Made by a program: the position numbers and the translations under genes. Below, piece after piece: positions 41,026 through 49,218 of a stretch of 64,000 nt of DNA (the stretch's first letter is position 1; each line of letters opens with the position of its first letter). The stretch spans positions 352,001 to 416,000 of the forward strand of contig CBDANS010000007.1 in the NCBI GenBank assembly GCA_965197745.1. Reading direction: 5' to 3'. The stretch comes from Opitutales bacterium. GTDB lineage: Bacteria; Verrucomicrobiota; Verrucomicrobiia; Opitutales; PNEW01. The notes under the pieces are model-generated. The model ran no database searches and was not told the origin of the DNA. It saw nothing but the letters and a program-made list of their open reading frames with translations.

Positions 41026-41473
41026 TGGAACTCAAGAACTGAGGAAATAAAGAATGATTAACCTCGGATTACACGGATAAGCGCGGATTTTTTTTTGAGG
41101 AGTCGAAGGCTACATCTTCCAATAGCGTAAAAGGCAGAAAATAGAAATTAGGTGAAACGCGATGCTTGATCTCAATAGCTCAGGTTTACCTGAGCGCCGG
41201 ATCATCCCTATGCCTTTTTGAAATCAAAATTTAAAAAAAGCAGCAGGGAATATCCGTTGTCAATCCCTCCCGCAGATGCGGGTGGGATGACATTGATCTC
41301 ATTCATCGCGTTTCACCTAATCTCTATCTATTATTCTCTGCGATCTCAGCGTCTTTGCGGTTAATTCATTTTCTGTCCTGTAATATCTGTTACTCTTTTC
41401 CTGATTTCCTGAGTTCCATATTTTAAATTCTCATCCTTATATCAAATCCGTGTATATCCGCGTTATCCGTGGT
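41026..41473. repeat. Interleaved inverted-repeat arms surrounding the MITE-like element
   Basis: Arm A 41026-41047 pairs with 41397-41418; arm B (9-mer CxCGGATxx units) 41061-41090 pairs with 41444-41473. Confidence 0.7.
41141..41327. mobile_element. 187-bp MITE-like element
   Basis: 24-bp TIRs with 1 mismatch (ATAGAAATTAGGTGAAACGCGATG / CATCGCGTTTCACCTAATCTCTAT), TA near both ends, two internal hairpins, no ORF. Confidence 0.6.
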
Positions 41474-41649
41474 CCAATCTATCCTTTCTTCCTGTAAAAA
41501 TCTTTCTTGTGCCTCTTGCCTGCCGTCCATAGTCCCGCAACTGCGGGACGACGACAGATCGTGACCGCCAGGATTAAGAAATATATTTCTCGTTGCCAAA
41601 GATGCTACCGATAATTTAGAAATTATAAACGTCCAACGAAAGAAACACC

Positions 41650-43860
41650 GTGAATTTTACTAAGGCGCTAGCGTCCTTCCTCATTACTGTAAGTTTACCC
41701 TGTTCACTTCCTGCTGCTCCTCAAGATCTGGAAGTATTTTTAGATTTTGAAGATGCTGATGGAACAGGTGATTTTATACTCGGTGAACCGCCCAATGATA
41801 TCCGTTTTATCGGCTTCACCGTGGAAACATTGGAGGATCCCAATCTCCTGCATTCGGGGAATAAAGCATTAACCCTTGGGTCCGGTCAGGAAGGGAAAAT
41901 CTTCACAGAAAAAGGGATTCATCTGCTGGAATTCTATGTTGCCGAATCAACGGGCGCGGGCAAGATTGAGATCCGGGGTAGAGTCGATGAAGACAGACGG
42001 GAACTGGTTGACTTTCGCGAAGATTTTTATCTCTCAAATCCCAATGGGGTTGTAACCGGATTGCCTGCTAATATCAGTCCCGGTGCGAATCCTCCACTTC
42101 AAAGTTTCGTTGCCTTTAGTGGCAACTTCTTCGACGATACGGATCTCAATTTTGTCTACGGAATGAAAGAGATTAAGTTCGTAAATGTTACCGGAAAATT
42201 GTCGATCGATAATCTGGGTTATACCCTTGTCGATGGACCGACAAATAACACCGTTTACTCGGATTTTAACGAATTCATTGATAAGGAGACAGGTTTCGAT
42301 GATTTCACGGTTGGAGTATCACCATTTTCCGCGACCTTTACAAATGGCTTCGCGCCGTCCACCCCTAATTTTTTTGCGGCTAACGGCTGGTTAATTCAAA
42401 ATGGCGAAACCGGGACGATCACCTTCGAAACACCGGCAGCACGGGTTCAATTTTATGCTTCAACTATCGTGGAGACCGCGCAAGGGGAGAGTGACGCTAC
42501 GATACAGGCATTTGATACTGAAGATAATTTACTGACCATAATCGGGAACCTGGGTACAGATATCAGACCTGGAAATGGAGCTCCTCAGATTAAATTGATT
42601 GCCAGCGAATTGGGAGCTGAGAGCGGTATCGCTAAAATTACTTTAAGCGATAAAGTTGACGTAAATCCTACTTTCAGCCGGACACGACTTTCCGACTTCG
42701 GCTTTACCCCTATTCGCGCACCGGGTAGCGATGGTGGATCACCCCCTGCTGACGCTCCCTCTATCACTACCCAACCCACGAGCCAGGAAGTGCAGTCCGG
42801 AACAGCAGTCGTTTTAACGGTTGTCGCCAGCGGTGATGATCTTACATACCAGTGGTATACCGGCATCAGTGGTCACGACGACACTCCCATCGCCGATGCT
42901 ACCGGCAGCACCTTGAACACAGGCGCTCTCACTATGAGTAGCAATTTCTGGGTGCAGGTAAGTAATGCCGGAGGCAGTGCTGACAGCGACACCGCGGTTA
43001 TCACCGTAGCAGCTCCCTCCGTGCCTCTCGTCCTCGACGGTATGGGTGATATCGCGGGTGAGAATATACAGCATCCCAACGGCAATGTTTTCGACCAGAT
43101 TTTACTCACCGGTGAATCCATCCAACTCCAGGCCAGACCGGGACAAATTACAAGGGTCTCTTTCATGGACGAAACCGAAGACATTGTACAGGTAGAATTC
43201 TCTGGATCAGGGACCTTTACCGTAACCCTCGACCCGGCGACTTTCCTGCCACCCGGCACGCCCCCGCGCTACAACCAGTCCGTCGAGTACGTGACCGGCA
43301 AACCCAGCGTGGTCATCGACGGAGCGGACTCCAGTACCTTCTTCAGCATCTTCACCGTGGGAAGGATCAACGCGTTTAACCAGGCGCTGTTCCCCGAAGG
43401 ACAGGTCTATGACGCCCAGGCCGATGTGGCTCTCGTAGAAGTAGTCAACTCCACGGGACTCGGAGGAGTACAGTTATCGAATGCCGTATTCAGTGGAAGC
43501 ACGGGCAAGGTGGGCTTCGATGCGCGTGGCGTACCGATAGCGGTACGCTTGACCGTTGGCGACATTGACGCCGATGGCGATGCGGTACCACACCTGTTAT
43601 TTGGTTCAGGATCGTTCACTGTGCCGGCAGGCAATCCCGGTTTGCGGATCACAGGAGGAGATCTAGCCCAGACGAACGGAGCATCGATCGTCGTCGCAGA
43701 GAGTGGATCGACGACAACCGGGTTTGAAGAGACTTTTATTTCCCAGAACAACTTCAAGTCTGACAATACACCGCAACCGACACAGTCCGTAAATGCTACT
43801 TTTTCTAACGAAGATGGTGAGGAAATATCTGTCTCTGTGGATGAGGTGACGATAGAATGA
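41650..43860 (+). CDS. Secreted acidic multidomain protein: two tandem beta-sandwich repeats, an Ig-like domain and a ~270-aa C-terminal domain B
   Basis: Signal peptide; Ig motif PSITTQP...LTYQWY...VSNAGGS; C-terminus colinear with that of 59148-61748. Confidence 0.85.
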   Translation: MNFTKALASFLITVSLPCSLPAAPQDLEVFLDFEDADGTGDFILGEPPNDIRFIGFTVETLEDPNLLHSGNKALTLGSGQEGKIFTEKGIHLLEFYVAESTGAGKIEIRGRVDEDRRELVDFREDFYLSNPNGVVTGLPANISPGANPPLQSFVAFSGNFFDDTDLNFVYGMKEIKFVNVTGKLSIDNLGYTLVDGPTNNTVYSDFNEFIDKETGFDDFTVGVSPFSATFTNGFAPSTPNFFAANGWLIQNGETGTITFETPAARVQFYASTIVETAQGESDATIQAFDTEDNLLTIIGNLGTDIRPGNGAPQIKLIASELGAESGIAKITLSDKVDVNPTFSRTRLSDFGFTPIRAPGSDGGSPPADAPSITTQPTSQEVQSGTAVVLTVVASGDDLTYQWYTGISGHDDTPIADATGSTLNTGALTMSSNFWVQVSNAGGSADSDTAVITVAAPSVPLVLDGMGDIAGENIQHPNGNVFDQILLTGESIQLQARPGQITRVSFMDETEDIVQVEFSGSGTFTVTLDPATFLPPGTPPRYNQSVEYVTGKPSVVIDGADSSTFFSIFTVGRINAFNQALFPEGQVYDAQADVALVEVVNSTGLGGVQLSNAVFSGSTGKVGFDARGVPIAVRLTVGDIDADGDAVPHLLFGSGSFTVPAGNPGLRITGGDLAQTNGASIVVAESGSTTTGFEETFISQNNFKSDNTPQPTQSVNATFSNEDGEEISVSVDEVTIE

Positions 43861-45413
43861 ATTCCCAAATAAAAATATATGCAAAGTTAGCGCTCGCGTT
43901 ACTATTATTGCCCTCTTTTTCCCCGGGACAGGATTTTAATATAGATCTAGTAGCGACGGGCCTCACACTACCTGTTGCGATCACCCATGCCGGTGACGGC
44001 ACAAATCGACTCTTTATTAACCTTAAAGAAGGCCAAATCGTCATCTTTGACGGTAATAATATTTTACCTATACCCTTTCTTGACATTGAGTCGCTTGTCT
44101 CCAGTGACGCCTTTGAAAGAGGATTATTGAGCGCGGCTTTTCACCCTGATTACACAAACAACGGATTTTTCTATGTCAACTATACGGACATTAATGGTGA
44201 TACCGTGATTGCCCGATACAGTGTGTCGGGTAATCCGGACATTGCTGATCCGAATTCTGCTGCTATTATCACAACTATTGCTCAACCTGCCAGTACACAT
44301 AATGGTGGACAACTTCAATTTGGCCCTGATAGTTACCTTTACATTGGGATGGGTGATGGTGGTGGTGGCAACGGCGCTAACGCCCAGGATCTGAATTCGC
44401 TCTTAGGAAAGATGCTGCGCATTGATGTAGATAATGGGTTTCCCTACGCTATTCCTCCTGACAATCCCTTTGTGGGGGTTCCAGGCGCACAGGATGAGAT
44501 CTGGGCCTATGGTCTTCGCAATCCATGGCGTTTTAGTTTTGATCGCTTCACCGGAGACCTTTTTATCGCTGACGTCGGTGAGAATGATTGGGAAGAGGCG
44601 AATTTCCAGTCAGCGAGCAGCACCGGTGGCGAGAATTATGGATGGATTTTAATGGAGGGTACTCACTGCTTTATTCTTCCTACCAACTGCAATGATGGGA
44701 CATTGACGCTGCCCATTCTTGAGTATAACCACGCATTGGGTTGCTCGATTACGGGTGGCTACCGTTACCGGGGAGCTGAGATTTCCCAGCTGTTAGGGAC
44801 CTATCTTTACGCTGACTTCTGCTCCGGGCGAATCTGGGGAGCGACAGAGAGTAGTAGCAGCGTTTGGACGACGACAGAATTTATAGACAACGATTTTACG
44901 ATCAGTACTTTTGGCGAAGACGAATTTGGCGAGATTTATTTTGCTCAGTTCTCCCAAAATGGGTCCATCTATCGCCTGAGTTCTGATTCCCTGCCATGCC
45001 CTCCAGGTGATCCTCTATCCATCTGTTCTAACCAAGCAAACTTCACTACCGGAGAAACGCTGAGTGTCACCTTGAGAAGAGACAACCCGGGGTTCCCCTT
45101 GACCGTAGACTTTTACGCGGGGGTGATCTTACCGAATGGCGACACAACCATATCCTTCACCGGTCCAGGCAGTTCTTTCGGAAGTCTGTCCAATCCGATT
45201 ACCCTGATTCCTTTCCAAACGGGTGTAGATCTATCCACTCCTGTAGTTATCGATGATCCTAACTTCTTCCTTTATACCTGGACGGGTGGAGAACCTGCCG
45301 GCACTTATGTTCTCTATCTGGCTGCGGTCCTGGCCGGAGCTTTTGACGATGGCACCAATGATCCGGGAGATGTCCTTGAGCTGAGCACATTGCCTTTCGT
45401 CTTTACTCCCTGA
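43857..45413 (+). CDS. PQQ-dependent glucose/sorbosone dehydrogenase (GSDH) family protein with a C-terminal ~130-aa domain A
   Basis: ERGLLSAAFHP, HNGGQLQFGPD, GKMLRID, WAYGLRNPWRFSFD, ADVG, STFGED; ATGA overlap with the upstream gene. Confidence 0.92.
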   Translation: MNSQIKIYAKLALALLLLPSFSPGQDFNIDLVATGLTLPVAITHAGDGTNRLFINLKEGQIVIFDGNNILPIPFLDIESLVSSDAFERGLLSAAFHPDYTNNGFFYVNYTDINGDTVIARYSVSGNPDIADPNSAAIITTIAQPASTHNGGQLQFGPDSYLYIGMGDGGGGNGANAQDLNSLLGKMLRIDVDNGFPYAIPPDNPFVGVPGAQDEIWAYGLRNPWRFSFDRFTGDLFIADVGENDWEEANFQSASSTGGENYGWILMEGTHCFILPTNCNDGTLTLPILEYNHALGCSITGGYRYRGAEISQLLGTYLYADFCSGRIWGATESSSSVWTTTEFIDNDFTISTFGEDEFGEIYFAQFSQNGSIYRLSSDSLPCPPGDPLSICSNQANFTTGETLSVTLRRDNPGFPLTVDFYAGVILPNGDTTISFTGPGSSFGSLSNPITLIPFQTGVDLSTPVVIDDPNFFLYTWTGGEPAGTYVLYLAAVLAGAFDDGTNDPGDVLELSTLPFVFTP

Positions 45414-45669
45414 TCTCACTGTCAGATAGAATTCTGCTATTATTATCCCGGGTCAACGAATGGGCGTTTATAAATTGAGTTGGGTTTAGAGTGCTCGGAT
45501 CAGACGGAAGATGCTTCAGTATAGGGGTAAGCAAATACTCTTGATCCTCACAAGGCAAAGAACATGATGCCCTATCGACAAGTAGGTAGCGCTGACAACA
45601 AGACATTAGCATACCTGGAGGCTACCCATCCCAGGGGAATATTTTATCAGAGAAAAACGCATGGATTAA

Positions 45670-46827
45670 ATGAAGAGTAATTTACTAAAAAATTTTTTGC
45701 TGGCTGCTGCGTCCTTTTGTCTGACATTCCTGGTTTTAGAACTGTTTTTTTATTACGTGCTGGATCTAAAACCGCGAAGTTATAAACCTGAACGGATCTT
45801 TGAATTTTCTCTCCTTACGGGTCATTTTCATAAACCCAACGCGAGAGGTTACTGGTATCGATATCGTGGCGGAGGTAAATTCCATGTTTCAATCAACAGC
45901 TACGGATTTGCCGATGCCCCCAGGAAGCTTGAGAAGGACCGGCCAAGGATAGCATTAATTGGGGATTCTACCACCCAGTTTTGGGAAGCCAGGCTTGAGG
46001 ATAGAGGTCAGTTTGTGATTGAAGAATTACTTTCAAATACTTTTGAAGTATTAAATTTTGGGGTTCGTGGGTACGGGACTGACCAGACCTTTATCTTATT
46101 CGAAAATACCGGGATCAAATTCTCTCCCGATACTGTCATTTATACCTTTTGTGTGAACGACTTTACCGATAATCTCAGCAGAGAATCAAAACCGTTTTTT
46201 AGAGTGGATAGCACTGCTGACAAGCTGGTTGTGGACGGATACCCGATCGAGAGGCCGTTGAAGAATGATGATTCTGAACGTTTTTCTGTGAGGTCCCTGG
46301 ATGAATTTCTAAAACAAACGTCTTATATCTACCGAAGGTTAAGGCCTCTAATAAAGCATATGTCCGGCTATGTAGGTCCTTTGGAATCCTACGTCTTACT
46401 CGCACCTTTCAAAAGAACTTACAGTGATAAAGATAATGCAGGGGTCGAAATTACCTTAAGAATTATTTCGGAAATGAAAGAATATGTGGAATCCCAGGGC
46501 ATGAAGTTCATGATGGTCGAAGGTGTTTCCCGCCCCTCGGTTGATGAAAAGATGCAAAGCGAGGTAGTTGAAGTATTCGGCGATAATTTTGACTGGGATA
46601 AAGTGACGAATATCCTGGAGGAATATTCTACCGCCAATAACATTGAATTCCTATCACTCCCGCAATTAGCAAAAAGCAAGGGTATTCCCATTACAGAGAT
46701 AATGCACGACGAGGACTATTGGCATCTTGATAAAAATGGTATCCGTTTTTATGCGAAGCTCCTCGTAGATAAGCTTGACGCACTGGGTTGGTTGAACGAA
46801 ACCGAAGGTCCCGGTAACAGCCTGTAG
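45670..46827 (+). CDS. Membrane-anchored SGNH/GDSL hydrolase
   Basis: N-terminal TM; INSYGF, IGDSTT, NFGVRGYGTDQ, ND, D.WH...G. Confidence 0.88.
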   Translation: MKSNLLKNFLLAAASFCLTFLVLELFFYYVLDLKPRSYKPERIFEFSLLTGHFHKPNARGYWYRYRGGGKFHVSINSYGFADAPRKLEKDRPRIALIGDSTTQFWEARLEDRGQFVIEELLSNTFEVLNFGVRGYGTDQTFILFENTGIKFSPDTVIYTFCVNDFTDNLSRESKPFFRVDSTADKLVVDGYPIERPLKNDDSERFSVRSLDEFLKQTSYIYRRLRPLIKHMSGYVGPLESYVLLAPFKRTYSDKDNAGVEITLRIISEMKEYVESQGMKFMMVEGVSRPSVDEKMQSEVVEVFGDNFDWDKVTNILEEYSTANNIEFLSLPQLAKSKGIPITEIMHDEDYWHLDKNGIRFYAKLLVDKLDALGWLNETEGPGNSL

Positions 46828-46848
46828 TTGGGACTTAAATCCACTGTT

Positions 46849-48972
46849 TCAAGTCTCCTGGTAATTTACGTTCACATCGGGCTTGATCGTTTTGATCCCG
46901 GCTGAGGTGAGCTTTTCGCATTCCTGGATGTCTACACTCTTCAATGATGGAAATTTGTTTAAAGTGGACAAACCCGAGTCCGACAGATTTGAACAATTCC
47001 AGAATAATAATTCTTCGAGTGTCTTGATCTGGCTCAATAATTCTAAACTATGGTCTGTAATTTTGGTCCCCCAAATGTGATATACCTTGAGTTTTTTTGC
47101 GTTTACAAGGTGCTCGGATGCGCGATCCGTGGTGTTTTTACAATACATATTAACCAATAACTCGAGATTGGGAATCTGCGAAATAGAGGCAAATACCTCA
47201 TCGGTGAATGTATTTTCGTTCGCGGTCCAAAAATGTTGTAAAGCGGCAAATCCCGGTAACGATGCGAGGGACTCGTCGTTTAACTTTTTTCCTCCCAAGG
47301 CTAAGAATCTGAGATTGGGCAAAGTGCTTAAGGCCTTAACACCCACACCGGTTAAGTTGTTTACTGACCATGCGAATATTTTTTCAAGACCCAGGCATTG
47401 TCCCAGGGTGGAAAACCCATCGTCACCGGCAACTGCCTGGCCGCATTCCAGCGACTGCAATGCAGGAAATGTCGCCACCGTATTTAAGCTCTGGTCATCC
47501 ATGTCCCTCATACCCAATTCATGCAATTTTGGCAGCCCTGCCAATGCTCCTATACCTTGATTGATGCTGGGATTTACCTTAAAAAATTGGATCGCTTTCA
47601 AGCCATTCAAACCGCTCATCGCTTTTAAGCCCTCACCGGAAATATTCTTACTATCAAGGATAATATGGGAATCGGTAGGGTCTTTATACTCGTTAATTTT
47701 GAACCCCATGGGTGAGGCCAAAGGATTTTTAAGTCCGGGCAATTCGCAAATCAACGACAATCCGCGATCGGTAATTTTTTCAGGTAGATGGAGATGGGTC
47801 AGATACTCTTTATCTATCAGTAATTCAAGTCCCTGATCATCCATGGCCGTTCCCCCCAGGGTCAGAAGCGACAAACGGTCCAGCCCAACGGTGTGCCGCA
47901 AGGTATTGCTCGTTAATTGCGAACAGCCTTCAAGACGAAGGGATACCAGATGGGGCATCGCTCGAATAATCGCCAGTCCCTTGTCCGAAATATTCTGACA
48001 TCCGCTCAAAACCAAATATTTTAAAGCCGTAAGAGACTTAAGATGGGCGAGTCCTTCATCACTAATGTCAGGACAACGGGAAAGGTCCAAATACTCTAAA
48101 TGAGTCAAGCGGCTGATGTCGACTAGATGCTGGTCGTTAAATTCCCCCCCACCGGAAAGACCAGGAAACTTGTGTTGAGCAATCTCATCAACCAGCATTT
48201 CCCATACGTCTTTCTGGGGTTTGCTCCTCAATTCAACATACCACACGCGGCATTCGGGGACATTCACCGAGACCCGGTTCAAAGTCGTGACGCCCAACTT
48301 ATGTTCTCCTCCTCCTGACGGATCATTATCGCCATCTAACCCAATCCATCCTACAAGCAAGGGGAGGGTATTGCGTAATACTTGACGTTCAAATACCTTG
48401 TCCTCTTGCCCGCCATCTTTTTTCAAATTATCTTCAAACATTTTTAAAATACTTTCTTTTAATTGTTTTTTTGCCGTTCGTATTCTGTTTTTGATCGTTG
48501 AGATTGGTATTTCGAGAAATTCAGCCATTTCTTTTTGGCTGTTCCCACCCATAAAGAAAAGCATGACCGCTTCCCGTTCTTCGGTGCTCAGTTCGCGAAT
48601 TGCGCTGAGGAGAAATTTGAGTTCCGTTGTTCGCTCGATAGTCTCCGGAGGATTTCTCTCACTCGAAGTAAGATGGGGAAAACTGTCAATGGATTCGTAA
48701 TTGATGCGATTATCCTCCTGTATCAACCGGCGACAATGGGTGGAAATGATTCTGCGAAACCAGGCAGAAAATGCTGTTGGATTCTCAAGCTGTTTCAATT
48801 TTGCATAAGCATCTATAAAAGCCTTTTGTGCCGCATATTCGGCGAGATGGAGTTCACCAAGCAGCGAATAGGCATACCCAATAGCCATACTCCGATACCT
48901 TCTGACGATTTCGGCAAATCCGTTATGGTCACCGGATTGTGCCAATTGAACTATGTCAGTGATGTCTTTCAT
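46849..48972 (-). CDS. ECF sigma factor fused to a C-terminal leucine-rich-repeat domain
   Basis: Sigma2 (FAEIVRRY...F.AWFRRI) and sigma4 (LS.EEREAV.L...SQKEMAEFLEIPISTIKNRI), then many LxxLxLxxCxxI(S/T)DxGL repeats; no TM segment. Confidence 0.9.
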   Translation of the reverse strand: MKDITDIVQLAQSGDHNGFAEIVRRYRSMAIGYAYSLLGELHLAEYAAQKAFIDAYAKLKQLENPTAFSAWFRRIISTHCRRLIQEDNRINYESIDSFPHLTSSERNPPETIERTTELKFLLSAIRELSTEEREAVMLFFMGGNSQKEMAEFLEIPISTIKNRIRTAKKQLKESILKMFEDNLKKDGGQEDKVFERQVLRNTLPLLVGWIGLDGDNDPSGGGEHKLGVTTLNRVSVNVPECRVWYVELRSKPQKDVWEMLVDEIAQHKFPGLSGGGEFNDQHLVDISRLTHLEYLDLSRCPDISDEGLAHLKSLTALKYLVLSGCQNISDKGLAIIRAMPHLVSLRLEGCSQLTSNTLRHTVGLDRLSLLTLGGTAMDDQGLELLIDKEYLTHLHLPEKITDRGLSLICELPGLKNPLASPMGFKINEYKDPTDSHIILDSKNISGEGLKAMSGLNGLKAIQFFKVNPSINQGIGALAGLPKLHELGMRDMDDQSLNTVATFPALQSLECGQAVAGDDGFSTLGQCLGLEKIFAWSVNNLTGVGVKALSTLPNLRFLALGGKKLNDESLASLPGFAALQHFWTANENTFTDEVFASISQIPNLELLVNMYCKNTTDRASEHLVNAKKLKVYHIWGTKITDHSLELLSQIKTLEELLFWNCSNLSDSGLSTLNKFPSLKSVDIQECEKLTSAGIKTIKPDVNVNYQET

Positions 48973-49131
48973 CCTAATACATTAGGTGCGTTATAAGAAT
49001 GGAGCTTGATCTTTCAATAAAGTGTACGTTTATACGAAATAAAATACTTTTAGACTAGATCTTCCACAACCCTACCTGTTAATTGAAAGATAGTTTAATT
49101 GGTGGAAGACAATAGGGCCACTCCTTGAATT

Positions 49132-49159
49132 TTGACATTCATATTTAAATCGGTATCAT
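49132..49159 (+). promoter_or_regulatory. Sigma-70-like promoter
   Basis: TTGACA-N16-TATCAT upstream of the DUF5916-like gene. Confidence 0.4.
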
Positions 49160-49218
49160 CTCGAAAGCATGTCAACAGGCAGAAAAGGGGATCATGCTGT
49201 GAATAAGCCTAACGCGCA

